This document shows, in pieces, positions 1 through 10,120 of a stretch of 56,805 nucleotides of DNA (position 1 is the first letter of the stretch; every line of letters begins with the position of its first letter). The position numbers were made by a program, and so were the translations under genes. Below the pieces are notes generated by a model, which made no database searches, had not been told where the DNA came from, and worked only from the letters and a program-made list of their open reading frames with translations. Origin of the DNA: Bacteroidota bacterium (GTDB lineage Bacteria; Bacteroidota; Bacteroidia; Bacteroidales; VadinHA17); the NCBI GenBank assembly GCA_011374625.1, contig DRPN01000168.1, positions 1-56,805 on the forward strand. Direction: 5' to 3'.

Positions 1-1697
1 AACCTTCCCAGATCGTTCAGAGAAGATGACATGATAAACTCAAACTTTTCCCTGTTTTCGCTCCGGGCATAGCGAAGAAACACCTCTAAAGATTTCCGGA
101 ATCTCAACTCGCGGTTTGTATCCAGGAGAAGCAAATATCCCATAATAATATTTCCTGTCATTTCCACCAGACGGCGCGCATGGAAATCAATAAACTCTTT
201 ATTTTCCATTTCATGCACTTTCTCTGTGGCATTTTCAAATTCTTCTGTCATGGTAATCAGCACACGACGGTATGTATGAAGTTCAGGCTTGATCTTTGTC
301 TCTTCATATTCCCTGATCTGTTTCATCAGGGTACCTTTGGTAATACCGGTGATAGCAGCTACCACCTGCATCTGGGTAGTTCCTTCATAGATGGAAGTGA
401 TACGGGCATCCCGGTATATACGTTCAATAGGATAATCTTTCATGAAGCCCGAGCCTCCGTGGATTTGCAGGGCATCATAAGCAATGCGGTTGCATACCTC
501 AGAGGAAAGTCCTTTAACCAACGGGGTGTAGGCATCTGCCAGTTGCTGATATTTTTTCATCTCCAGCCTTTCTTCCTTCTCAAGTTGTCTCTCATTGGAG
601 ATATGAAACCAGGCTTTATAGAGATCAACAAAACGGGATGTTTCATACAGCAGGGAACGGCTGGCATCCAGCCTGGCTTTCATTAAAGAAAGCATTTCAT
701 ACACGGCCGGAAATTCGATGATCGGCTGTCCAAACTGCTTTCTTTCTTTGGCATAGGAAAGCGCTTCACGGTATGCTGCCTCAGCAATGCCCACCGACTG
801 CGCAGCAATACCCAGACGAGCCCCGTTCATCAGCGACATAACATACCTTATCAACCCCATACGGCGCGAACCTACCAACTCAGCCGGTGTATTACGATAA
901 ACCAGTTCGCAGGTAGGTGAGCCGATAATTCCCAGTTTATGTTCAATGCGTCTTACTTTTGTGGAATGGTATTTTTTATTATCATATATAAACATGGACA
1001 GGCCCCGGCCATCTTTTGTCCCTTCTTCCGAACGGGCCAGGACCAATGAAATATCCCCGTCCCCATTGGTAATAAATCGTTTAACACCATTCAGATACCA
1101 TTGATCTTTCTCCTTGTCATAAGTAGCTTTCAGCTGCACAGACTGCAAGTCCGAACCTGCATCAGGTTCTGTAAGAGCCATAGACCCTGTCTCTCCCTGA
1201 CAAAAACGTGGCAGATACCTGTCTTTCTGCTCCTCTGATGCAAACTCATGAATGGTTTCGGCACAATCCTGCAGTCCCCAGATATTTACAAAAGCTGCAT
1301 CTGCCCGGGAGACCATATCTGCTGCCATAGTATAAGGCACAATAGAAAAATTCAGCCCCCCGTATTTGCGGGGCAACGTGATCCCCATCAACCCTGCCTT
1401 ACGTATGGCTTCCAAATTGATCTCGGTGCCTTTGGCATATTTTACACGGTTACCCCTGACCTCAGGACCCTCAGTATCTATATCTTCCGCATTCGGGGCA
1501 ATAATATCTCCACAGATCTCCCCTACCACATCCAACACTCTCTCATAGCTGTCCATGGTATCTTCAAAATCCACAGGAGCATAATCATATTTATCCCTGT
1601 CAGCAAAATTGCGCTCCTTCAATGTAATGATCTTCTTCATTAAAGGATGATTCAAATGAAATTTCAGGTCAGGGTTATCTGTAAAAAAATTTGGCAT
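1..1697 (-). CDS. Acyl-CoA dehydrogenase (long, >=565 aa), 3' end runs off the window
   Basis: Absent from the ORF track because no stop lies in the window. Manual translation from ATG at 1697 gives MPNFFTDNPDLKFHL...ALTEPDAGSD...LNGVKRFITNG...RKQFG...LQIHGGSG...YRDARITSIYEGT, which are ACAD motifs. Directly downstream of etfA. Confidence 0.93.
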   Translation of the reverse strand, partial: MPNFFTDNPDLKFHLNHPLMKKIITLKERNFADRDKYDYAPVDFEDTMDSYERVLDVVGEICGDIIAPNAEDIDTEGPEVRGNRVKYAKGTEINLEAIRKAGLMGITLPRKYGGLNFSIVPYTMAADMVSRADAAFVNIWGLQDCAETIHEFASEEQKDRYLPRFCQGETGSMALTEPDAGSDLQSVQLKATYDKEKDQWYLNGVKRFITNGDGDISLVLARSEEGTKDGRGLSMFIYDNKKYHSTKVRRIEHKLGIIGSPTCELVYRNTPAELVGSRRMGLIRYVMSLMNGARLGIAAQSVGIAEAAYREALSYAKERKQFGQPIIEFPAVYEMLSLMKARLDASRSLLYETSRFVDLYKAWFHISNERQLEKEERLEMKKYQQLADAYTPLVKGLSSEVCNRIAYDALQIHGGSGFMKDYPIERIYRDARITSIYEGTTQMQVVAAITGITKGTLMKQIREYEETKIKPELHTYRRVLITMTEEFENATEKVHEMENKEFIDFHARRLVEMTGNIIMGYLLLLDTNRELRFRKSLEVFLRYARSENREKFEFIMSSSLNDLGR

Positions 1698-1735
1698 GGT
1701 TCTGTTTTTTTAATTATCTGGATCTTACAAGACAG

Positions 1736-2755
1736 TTATTTGGAATTCTCTTTATAATACTTGATCATTTTAGGAATTACATCTTCAACATTTCCCACAA
1801 TAGCATAATCTGCGATCTTATTGATTGGCGCTTCCGGATCATTGTTAACAGAGATAACCATGGCTGACTCCTGCATCCCCGCAATATGCTGCACCTGTCC
1901 GGAGATACCGCAGGCAATATAGAGCTTCGGGCGTACCGTCACGCCTGTCTGTCCGATCTGGCGATCGTGTTCTGCAAAGCCGGCATCCACGGCTGCCCGG
2001 GAAGCACCCACTTCAGCCCCAATTAGTTCTGCGAACCGGTAAAGCATTTCAAAGTTTTCCTTCGATCCAACCCCATATCCGCCGGCAACAATCACCGGCG
2101 CTCTTTTCAGGTTCACCCCCGATTCTTCCATGCGCCGTTCAATCACTTTCACTAAAAAATCTTCCGGTTTGACAAATTTGTCAACATCTATCTTTTTTAC
2201 TTCTCCGCTACGAGGCTCTTTGCATTTTTCCATTTTCATAACCCCTTCACGTACCGTAGCCATCTGGGGTTTGTTTTCCGGATTAATAATCGTAGCAATA
2301 ATATTTCCCCCAAAAGCAGGTCTTATTTGCAACAGCAGGTTTTTATAGGTTTTTCCGGCTCTTTTGTCGGTATGTTCCCCAATTTCCAGGGCGGTACAAT
2401 CAGCCGTAAGACCGCTATTTAATGCCGATGAAACACGAGGGCCGAGGTCTCGCCCGTAACTGGTAGCGCCTAACAAAGCCACCTGCGGTTTTTCCTGCCT
2501 GAACAGCTCTACGGCAATGCTGGTATAAGGCAAAGTGGTATAATGCTCCAAACGAGCATCGTCGGCCAACCAAACCACATCGGCCCCATAATCAAAAGCT
2601 TCTTTTTCCAATCCTTTAAGCTTGTATCCGATTATCAGTGCCTCCTGTTTACAGCCAAGCTGACCAGCCAGTTTCCGTCCTTTGGTCAGTAGTTCCAGGC
2701 TGATATCCGCTATCTTGCCGTTTTCCAGTTCACATATAACAAATAAATTATCCAC
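1736..2755 (-). CDS. etfA: Electron transfer flavoprotein alpha subunit
   Basis: RPAFGG, VGASRAAVD, QIGQTG, YIACGISGQVQH FAD-binding motifs. Confidence 0.95.
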   Translation of the reverse strand: MDNLFVICELENGKIADISLELLTKGRKLAGQLGCKQEALIIGYKLKGLEKEAFDYGADVVWLADDARLEHYTTLPYTSIAVELFRQEKPQVALLGATSYGRDLGPRVSSALNSGLTADCTALEIGEHTDKRAGKTYKNLLLQIRPAFGGNIIATIINPENKPQMATVREGVMKMEKCKEPRSGEVKKIDVDKFVKPEDFLVKVIERRMEESGVNLKRAPVIVAGGYGVGSKENFEMLYRFAELIGAEVGASRAAVDAGFAEHDRQIGQTGVTVRPKLYIACGISGQVQHIAGMQESAMVISVNNDPEAPINKIADYAIVGNVEDVIPKMIKYYKENSK

Positions 2756-2808
2756 TTTCTCCTGATTTTGAGGTTTGCAATTTTATGAACAGATAATTAA
2801 AAAATGTA

Positions 2809-3684
2809 TTATCCCAGGGTATGATTGCTGATCAGTTCTTTCATTAACCACTCAATACTTTGGTTGTCAGCTTCCAGCACCTTGGCTTCCTTCGCCTGGA
2901 ACACAACATTCTCAATTTTCTTTACTTTTGTAGGAGAACCCGACAGTCCCAACCTCTCCGGTTCGGCCTCTATATCTCCGACATTCCATTCCGGAAGATT
3001 CAGGAACGGCCGGTCATCATACATGAAAATATAATCTTCGGAAACATTCTCTCTTTCGCTGGTCGTAGTAGCATGTTTATATTTCATGATCAGTCTGGCA
3101 TTTCTCGGACGGCAGGCCGGTGCCGTTCCCGTGACCGTGATCAGGAGGGGAAAAGTGGATTCCACCGTTTCTACGCCTTTTTCGAGGCGTCTCTTGACCA
3201 CAATTTTGTTTTTCCTTATTTCCACAATCTCTTCCGCATAGGTTACCTGCGGAATTCCCAGCTTTTCGGCCACCTGCGGTCCCACTTGTGCCGTATCCCC
3301 GTCAATAGCCTGTCGTCCTGCCAGAATAAAATCAAAGTCACCTGTTTTCACAATTGCCCGCGAGAGGGCATAGGAAGTAGCCAGGGTATCCGAGCCCGCA
3401 AAAGCCCTGTCTGTCAGTAAGTATCCGTTATCAGCCCCACGGTACAAACCTTCCCGGATAATTTCCGCAGCACGCGGAGGCCCCATGGTCAAGAGAGTAA
3501 CCGTACTTCCGGGATACTTGTCTTTAAGACGCAATGCCTGCTCCAGTGCATTCAGATCTTCCGGATTGAAAATAGCCGGTAAAACCGCCCTGTTCACGGT
3601 CCCGTCTTCTTTCATGGCATCTTTCCCCACATTGCGTGTGTCCGGCACCTGTTTGGCCAATACAATGATTCTGAAATTCTTCAT
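2809..3684 (-). CDS. etfB: Electron transfer flavoprotein beta subunit (start moved from 3924 to 3684)
   Basis: Begins MKNFRIIVLAKQVPDT; contains NPEDLNALE, AFAGSDTLATS and GRQAIDGDTAQVG. A -7 promoter element at 3760-3767 supports the shorter start. Confidence 0.93.
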   Translation of the reverse strand: MKNFRIIVLAKQVPDTRNVGKDAMKEDGTVNRAVLPAIFNPEDLNALEQALRLKDKYPGSTVTLLTMGPPRAAEIIREGLYRGADNGYLLTDRAFAGSDTLATSYALSRAIVKTGDFDFILAGRQAIDGDTAQVGPQVAEKLGIPQVTYAEEIVEIRKNKIVVKRRLEKGVETVESTFPLLITVTGTAPACRPRNARLIMKYKHATTTSERENVSEDYIFMYDDRPFLNLPEWNVGDIEAEPERLGLSGSPTKVKKIENVVFQAKEAKVLEADNQSIEWLMKELISNHTLG

Positions 3685-3759
3685 ACAATTCTGTTTTTTT
3701 AAACCTCTTGATGGGAACCAGTCTATGTGTAAAAGGCCCATCAACTGTTTTTTGTCCCG

Positions 3760-3767
3760 CAAATATA
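3760..3767 (-). promoter_or_regulatory. Bacteroidota sigma-A -7 element (TATATTTG) for the etfB-etfA-acd operon
   Basis: Matches TAnnTTTG about 75 nt upstream of the etfB ATG. Confidence 0.55.
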
Positions 3768-3850
3768 GATTTTTTTCTGCATTGACAAAAACCTGTACCC
3801 TTGCCACATCATGACTCAAAACTTTACAATACAGGACAAAACCAAAGGAT

Positions 3851-4050
3851 ATTTTCTTGGAGGAAAGGTATAAACACATAGAGGTGCTGGGCCTCATCCC
3901 GACCCTGAGTAGTGCTTTTATCATCAGCTACCGGAAACCAGGTACCGGTACAGGATGGTTGCGCAAAGATATCGAATGGTTCTTTTTATCCTCTCTAATT
4001 TATTCCGTTGCCTTTATCTTGGTAAAAAAACACATTAAAAAACTCAACTC
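3851..4050 (+). pseudogene. Possible remnant of an EamA/DMT-family membrane transporter
   Basis: The frame reads IFLEERYKHIEVLGLIPTLSSAFIISY...EWFFLSSLIYSVAFILVKK, resembling the EamA fLkEr...lG pattern plus the next helix. It has no plausible N- or C-terminus. Confidence 0.3.
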
Positions 4051-4076
4051 AATAATCCTAACGATCAACAGACTGG

Positions 4077-5420
4077 TTATTTCATCCTTTTCACTTTCTC
4101 TATAAACTCATCCAGAACGCTTTCCAGGGTAGGATCCCCTATTTCCTGCAAATCATAATAAACCCTGGTGTTGGGTTTATTAATCTTGATGATCCTGTTC
4201 AGGTCGATCGGCGTTCCGATCACCACAGCGTCACACTTTGTGTTTTTAATGGTTTTCTCAAGGTCGTACAATTGTTCTTCTCCATAGCCCATGGCCGGAA
4301 GGAGTGTTCCTATGCCCGGATAGGTCTCGAAAGTCTGTTGCAGTTTACCTGCCAGAAAAGGACGGGGATCCACCGTTTCCATCGCACCGTATTTGCGGGC
4401 TGCGACCATACCGGCACCCTGTTTCATTCCCCCATGTGTCAGGGTGGGACCGTCTTCCACAACCAATACACTCTTTCCCCGTATCACTTCCGGATTGTCT
4501 ACACGTATCGGAGAAGCTGCATCAATAACCCTGGCCTGCGGGACCAGTTCCCTGATATTTTTTCTGACCAATTCAATATCTTCCGGTCTGGCGGTATCCA
4601 TTTTATTGATGATCACCACATCCGCCATGCGAAGGGTCACCTCTCCCGGATAATAAAAACGTTCATGACCTGCTCTGTGCGGATCTGTAACCGTAATGGT
4701 AAGATCAGGCCTGTAAAACGGAAAGTCATTGTTGCCTCCATCCCACAAGATCACATCGCAGCCGTCAGGATCATTCTCGGCAGCCCGCAAAATCGCTTCG
4801 TAATCCACCCCCGCATAGATCACATTGCCCCGTACAATGTGAGGTTCATATTCCTCCATCTCCTCAATGGTGCAATGATGTTTTTCCAGATCCTCCAAGC
4901 GGGCAAACCGCTGTACTTTTTGTGCTGCCAGATCGCCATAAGGCATCGGATGCCTTATGGCTACCACCTTTAATCCTTTGTTCATTAATATCTCAATCAC
5001 CCGCCGGGATGTCTGACTCTTTCCACATCCCGTACGTATGGCCCCTACCGCTATAACCGGTTTGGTGCTTCTTATCATGGTATCATCAGGCCCCAGCAAC
5101 CAGAAAGAAACCCCGTTTGCATTGACAATAGCACTTGTGGCCATAACCTTCTGATAAGGAACATCACTATAGGAAAATACACAATCCGTAATTTTCATCT
5201 CCTTTATCAAACTCGGAAGATCTTCTTCAGCATAGATAGGAATCCCTGCAGGATACAAAGATCCGGATAACTCAGGGGGATACATGCGCCCGTCAATATC
5301 CGGGATCTGTGCAGCCGTAAAAGCCATTACTTCATATTGTTCATTGTCACGGAAAAAGGTGTTAAAATTGTGAAAATCCCTTCCCGCTGCTCCGATGATG
5401 ATAACTCTTCTTTTTGCCAT
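4077..5420 (-). CDS. COG2403 P-loop enzyme (cyclic 2,3-diphosphoglycerate synthetase-like; probable arginine synthetase ArcE-type)
   Basis: MAKRRVIIIGAAGRDFHNFN, Walker A RTGCGKS, IRHPMPYG, EEYEPH, WDGGNNDFPF, VEDGPTLTHGGM. Start set at the ATG at 5420. Confidence 0.8.
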   Translation of the reverse strand: MAKRRVIIIGAAGRDFHNFNTFFRDNEQYEVMAFTAAQIPDIDGRMYPPELSGSLYPAGIPIYAEEDLPSLIKEMKITDCVFSYSDVPYQKVMATSAIVNANGVSFWLLGPDDTMIRSTKPVIAVGAIRTGCGKSQTSRRVIEILMNKGLKVVAIRHPMPYGDLAAQKVQRFARLEDLEKHHCTIEEMEEYEPHIVRGNVIYAGVDYEAILRAAENDPDGCDVILWDGGNNDFPFYRPDLTITVTDPHRAGHERFYYPGEVTLRMADVVIINKMDTARPEDIELVRKNIRELVPQARVIDAASPIRVDNPEVIRGKSVLVVEDGPTLTHGGMKQGAGMVAARKYGAMETVDPRPFLAGKLQQTFETYPGIGTLLPAMGYGEEQLYDLEKTIKNTKCDAVVIGTPIDLNRIIKINKPNTRVYYDLQEIGDPTLESVLDEFIEKVKRMK

Positions 5421-5648
5421 AATATTTAAAGGTTTAAGATAAATACAATATACAATAATCGTATAAATATACATCATAATAATAAATAATAAAAACCGTT
5501 TTGAAAGAAAGGTTTAACCGAGTCAGGAGTGATTATCGTTATGTTCTGTAAACAAATATTTTACAAGACAGATTGAAGAACAAATAATTTTTCTTATTAG
5601 CAACCATTTTGGCACAATTTTCGTCTTATTATTAAGAAACAATTTTAT

Positions 5649-6290
5649 ATGAATTATTTGGCCCATACCTTCTTATCCGGTGATTCTGATCAGGTCAGGA
5701 TAGGAAATTTTATTGGAGATTATATAAAGGGAAGTGATTTTAATTTTTATCCTGAAGGAATTAAAAAAGGGATCATTCTTCACCGTCATATTGATTATTT
5801 TACGGACAATCATCCGGTTGTTCAGGAGAGCAAATCCAGACTCGTCCCTTTTTATCATAAGTATGCAGGAGTTATCATTGATATTTTTTATGATCATTTT
5901 CTTTCAGCAAACTGGGAGTATATTTCATCCGTCCCTTTAAATGAGTTAGCTGAAATCACCTACCGGAACCTCCATGACAATTATGACACTCTCCCGGAAG
6001 CTATCAAGAGAGTTGTCCCTTTGTTCATTTTCAACCGGTGGCTTGAGGCTTATAATACCGTAGAAGGGATTGATTTGGTATTAAGAAAAATGAGTACGAT
6101 TACCACCTTACCTGATTTTACGGATGAGGCTATCAACACCATGATTTTGTATTACGATAAGTTCAGGGAAGAGTTTTTTGAGTTTTTTCCGGATATTGTC
6201 CATTACGTTTCCACTACGTTCGATGTCCATCTGTATCTTTCCGAGAATTTTATTTTAGAATTTTCCGAAGCCGAAAAGAAAAGAAGCTAA
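5649..6290 (+). CDS. acpH: Acyl carrier protein phosphodiesterase (DUF479)
   Basis: MNYLAH...GNFIGDYIKG...LHRHIDYFTDNHP...DIFYDHFL. Confidence 0.85.
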   Translation: MNYLAHTFLSGDSDQVRIGNFIGDYIKGSDFNFYPEGIKKGIILHRHIDYFTDNHPVVQESKSRLVPFYHKYAGVIIDIFYDHFLSANWEYISSVPLNELAEITYRNLHDNYDTLPEAIKRVVPLFIFNRWLEAYNTVEGIDLVLRKMSTITTLPDFTDEAINTMILYYDKFREEFFEFFPDIVHYVSTTFDVHLYLSENFILEFSEAEKKRS

Positions 6291-6343
6291 AAAGAAACGA
6301 TGACCGAAAAATCAACGGTTACTTTCCGGCACTTTTATCCTGA

Positions 6344-7771
6344 TTAAAAAGCGATTTCCATTCTGTCGGCGTCCATACGCAGAAATATAAACAACAGGAT
6401 GGTAAAAGCCCACATGGATGATCCTCCATAACTAAAAAATGGCAAAGGGATTCCGATCACCGGAAACAAACCAATAGTCATGCCTATATTGACCAGCATA
6501 TGAAGGCTTAGCAGTGAGAAAACGGAATAGCCATAAATACGATTAAAGGCCGATCGTTGTCGTTCTGCCAACATCAATATTCTCAACAGAAACAATACGT
6601 AAAAGGCAATGACAAGAAAAGTTCCGATGAAGCCCCATTCCTCCCCCACCGTACAAAAAATAAAGTCAGTGCTTTGTTCGGGCACAAAATTAAATTTTGT
6701 TTGTGTACCGTGTAAAAATCCTTTCCCTGTAAAACCTCCCGACCCGATAGCTATTTTCGATTGATTCACGTTATAGCCACTCCCGTACGGGTCTGATTCA
6801 ATGCCCAAAGCAATATTGATCCTTGTCCGTTGATGTTCTTCCAAAATATTATTAAAGACATAATTGACCGAAAAAGCAAAAAATACGGAACCAAGCAAAA
6901 CGGCATACAGGATAGCTGATTTTTTCAGTTTGTAAATATATATGAATGGAATAAATACAATCCCGGCGACAATCAATGAAACAAAAACAATACTATAAAC
7001 GGAAAAGTGTTTATGCATCAGTTTATATCCTGCCCAGACAACGATTCCGGTAAATAGGATCAGGGCGATCCCTTTCAGGGTATAGTTCACCTTCTTCTCA
7101 AGGAAAAGATGGATTACGATGATTAAAACAAGTAACCCCAGGATCACAATGGTTTTATCCAGAACAAGTGTCAGGATAAACAGCAGGACAAACAAAAAGC
7201 CTACAATCAATATACTGACAGGAAGACCTTCCCTGAACAACACCAAAATAAAAGCCATATAGACAAGGACCGAACCCATATCCGGCTGCAACATAATCAG
7301 GGCCGCCGGAGCAAAGACCATCAAACTGACGTTCAACAGTGTTTTGAATTGATCAAGGGACCGGTTATAATAACTAAGATACTTAGCCAAGGCCAGGGAG
7401 GTGGCTACCTTGGCAAATTCTGCAGGTTGAATACGAAAAGCACCTATCGGTATCCAGGACCTGGAGCCGTGAATTGTTGCCCCGACAACCAGTACTGCAA
7501 GCAGGGAAAGGAGAGACAGAAAATAAAGCGGATACGCAAAAAAGTAATAGAACCGCGTATTAATCATAAAACCCATAACAGCCAGGATAAATGCAGTCAC
7601 AATCCAGTAAAATTGTTTTCCGTAACGTTGCGAGAAATCCAAAATTCTGGAATGATCTTCACGAAAAGCCGAAGAATAGATATTGACAAAGCCGAAGATC
7701 ACCAATGCCAAATACATCAGCACGGTCAACCAGTCGATCCTGTCCGGTATTTTACTTCTCCTGTACTCCAT
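6344..7771 (-). CDS. rodA: Rod shape-determining protein RodA (SEDS glycosyltransferase)
   Basis: IQPAEFAK, LQPDMGS, PEQSTDFIF, GIPLPFFSYGGSS; follows mrdA. Confidence 0.95.
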   Translation of the reverse strand: MEYRRSKIPDRIDWLTVLMYLALVIFGFVNIYSSAFREDHSRILDFSQRYGKQFYWIVTAFILAVMGFMINTRFYYFFAYPLYFLSLLSLLAVLVVGATIHGSRSWIPIGAFRIQPAEFAKVATSLALAKYLSYYNRSLDQFKTLLNVSLMVFAPAALIMLQPDMGSVLVYMAFILVLFREGLPVSILIVGFLFVLLFILTLVLDKTIVILGLLVLIIVIHLFLEKKVNYTLKGIALILFTGIVVWAGYKLMHKHFSVYSIVFVSLIVAGIVFIPFIYIYKLKKSAILYAVLLGSVFFAFSVNYVFNNILEEHQRTRINIALGIESDPYGSGYNVNQSKIAIGSGGFTGKGFLHGTQTKFNFVPEQSTDFIFCTVGEEWGFIGTFLVIAFYVLFLLRILMLAERQRSAFNRIYGYSVFSLLSLHMLVNIGMTIGLFPVIGIPLPFFSYGGSSMWAFTILLFIFLRMDADRMEIAF

Positions 7772-9599
7772 GTATTAAGTCTGTATTGCGCATTCTGTTT
7801 TCCAGCCATTTTCTGTTTGTTTTCCCGCGTAAATATTTTTCAATCACCAAAGAAGCGATAGGTGCTGCATAGGTTGAGCCAAAACCGCCGTTTTCCACGT
7901 ACACCGAGATGGCAATTTCAGGATTATCCTTTGGAGCAAAAGCCATAAAAATAGAATGGTCTTTCCCGTGCGGGTTCTGGGCTGTCCCTGTTTTTCCGCA
8001 AACCCGTATTCCGTCAATATGAGCAATACGAGCAGTAGACCCTGAGCCGAGTTCTCCGTTGACCACCAGATCCATCCCGTCGACCACTATGGCAAAATTA
8101 GTAGAATCTATACCCACCTTATGTTTAATAAGATATTTTTTATCTATAGACGCAGCCCCTTCTATTTCTTTCACCATATGAGGAATATAAAAATAACCTC
8201 TGTTGGCAACTGTAGCTGCCAGATTGGCCATTTGCAATGGGGTCAACCCAAGCTCTCCCTGGCCTATAGCCATGGAGATCAGAGTCAGTGAACTCCAGCC
8301 GTTTTTATGATAATAACGGTCATAATAGGACGTGTCTGGTAAAAAACCGTTAAGCTCATTGGGAAGATCCACCCCCAGCTTATGACCAAAACCAAAACGC
8401 TCCAGATAATGTTTCCATACATCAAACGATTGATATATAGAAGGGTATTGAGGATTGTCCAGGATATTACGAAACACATGACAAAAATAAGCATTACAGG
8501 AGTTCTGGATAGCCCCTTCCAGGTTCAGGGGTGTACGGTGAATATGACATCCCACATACACTCCACGTGCATAATACCCCGGCGCACAGGAATAAGTCGA
8601 AAAAGGAAAGAGTACTCTTTCCTGCAAACCGATCAGAGCATTTACCACTTTGAAGGTAGACCCGGGTGGATAACTGGCCATAATAGCCCGATTAAATAAA
8701 GGTTTCAGGGTATCTTGCGTTAGTGCCGGGAAATATTTAGAGCGATTAAGGCCAACCAGCAAAGCCGGGTCATATCCCGGTGAAGATACCATGCATAACA
8801 CCTCTCCTGTTGCAGGTTCAATGGCAACAATACTCCCTACCTTGTTATGCATAAGGTACTCACCATATTTTTGCAAATCTGTATCAAAACTGGCTACCAG
8901 GTTTCTGCCTACCACTGCTGCCGTATCGTATCTTCCATTTTTATAGGATCCTTTAATACGGTTATGTACATCCACCAAGAAGATCTTTACACCTTTTTTT
9001 CCGCGTAGCTCTTTTTCATAGGATTTCTCTATCCCGCTGATCCCGATATAGTCTCCCATCTTATAATAGGGATCTTTTTTTATGATCCTTTCAGTAACTT
9101 CACCAACATATCCCAACATGTGGGCAGCAACCGGATAGTTATAATGACGTATTGGTCGGGATTGGACATAAAACCCCGGAAATTTAAACATCTTTTCCGA
9201 CAATTGTGCATAGGTTTGCGCAGAAAGTCGTTTGATTAAAACAGAAGCTTTTAACTGCGAATAATCGGCAGCTTTCAGGATGCCCTTTCTTACTTCTTCT
9301 ACCGGAACATCCAGGATCGAACAAAATTCTGCTGTATCAAATGCCGATACCTGCGATGGTATCACCATCAGGTCGTAAGCAGCTTCGTTGGAAACAATAA
9401 GTTTGTGATTCCTATCAAAGATCAATCCCCGGGCCGGATACTGGGGAATATAACGCAAAACATTGTTACTGGCACTTAATTGATAAGATTTGTCAACAAC
9501 CTGTATGACAAACAATTTGACAATAAGAATAAAAGCCAACAAAATCAATAATCCTCCAACAATATACTTCCGCCCCTCAAACTGATCAAAGCCTTTCAT
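7752..9599 (-). CDS. mrdA: Penicillin-binding protein 2
   Basis: SxxK (GSTFK), SxN (SCN) and KTG motifs; N-terminal TM helix; mre operon context. Confidence 0.95.
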   Translation of the reverse strand: MKGFDQFEGRKYIVGGLLILLAFILIVKLFVIQVVDKSYQLSASNNVLRYIPQYPARGLIFDRNHKLIVSNEAAYDLMVIPSQVSAFDTAEFCSILDVPVEEVRKGILKAADYSQLKASVLIKRLSAQTYAQLSEKMFKFPGFYVQSRPIRHYNYPVAAHMLGYVGEVTERIIKKDPYYKMGDYIGISGIEKSYEKELRGKKGVKIFLVDVHNRIKGSYKNGRYDTAAVVGRNLVASFDTDLQKYGEYLMHNKVGSIVAIEPATGEVLCMVSSPGYDPALLVGLNRSKYFPALTQDTLKPLFNRAIMASYPPGSTFKVVNALIGLQERVLFPFSTYSCAPGYYARGVYVGCHIHRTPLNLEGAIQNSCNAYFCHVFRNILDNPQYPSIYQSFDVWKHYLERFGFGHKLGVDLPNELNGFLPDTSYYDRYYHKNGWSSLTLISMAIGQGELGLTPLQMANLAATVANRGYFYIPHMVKEIEGAASIDKKYLIKHKVGIDSTNFAIVVDGMDLVVNGELGSGSTARIAHIDGIRVCGKTGTAQNPHGKDHSIFMAFAPKDNPEIAISVYVENGGFGSTYAAPIASLVIEKYLRGKTNRKWLENRMRNTDLIHGVQEK

Positions 9600-10120
9600 C
9601 CTCTGGCAAAACCTTTTGACTTATGAACCGAAAATTGACTTAAAATTATCAGAAAAACAGTAAATAATGCACTAATAATTACCCTGAACAAGGTAGTAAA
9701 AAAATGATGAAATGAGAAGACCTCAAAATAAAACAGGAAAGCATGATGGATAAAAACAAGAATTACGATATATTTCATAAACCAGGCAAAACCATAGTGG
9801 TGGATTCTCGGTTCACTGTTCGGAACATATCCGTCCTGGGGGATAATAAGTTTTAAAACGCCGGGGCGGAACCAGGCCATCAACACCGTAGCTGCCGTAT
9901 GAAACCCATAGGTATGTTGAAACAGGTCCATAACAAATCCGGTAAAAAAGGCCAGGATCAGTAGCAACCATCCGGGGGTTTCAAAAGGAAGCATCAATAT
10001 GAACAAGATATACAGAAAAGGCACAGCATAACTACTTATCTGCAGGTTATCCAATATCAACACCTGGACAAGCAACAGGATAATAAAAAACAATATGTTT
10101 CGGAACAGCCGATTAATCAT
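9596..10120 (-). CDS. mreD: Rod shape-determining protein MreD
   Basis: Hydrophobic 174-aa protein with GFVMDLF, located between mreC and mrdA. Confidence 0.88.
   Translation of the reverse strand: MINRLFRNILFFIILLLVQVLILDNLQISSYAVPFLYILFILMLPFETPGWLLLILAFFTGFVMDLFQHTYGFHTAATVLMAWFRPGVLKLIIPQDGYVPNSEPRIHHYGFAWFMKYIVILVFIHHAFLFYFEVFSFHHFFTTLFRVIISALFTVFLIILSQFSVHKSKGFARG

Noticed and set aside
180-1643. Plus-strand ORFs of 168, 131 and 60 aa
   Set aside because: They are antisense shadows of the acyl-CoA dehydrogenase gene.
3685-3924. 80-aa N-terminal extension of EtfB in the ORF track
   Set aside because: ETF similarity starts at MKNFRIIV (3684), and a promoter element lies inside the extension.
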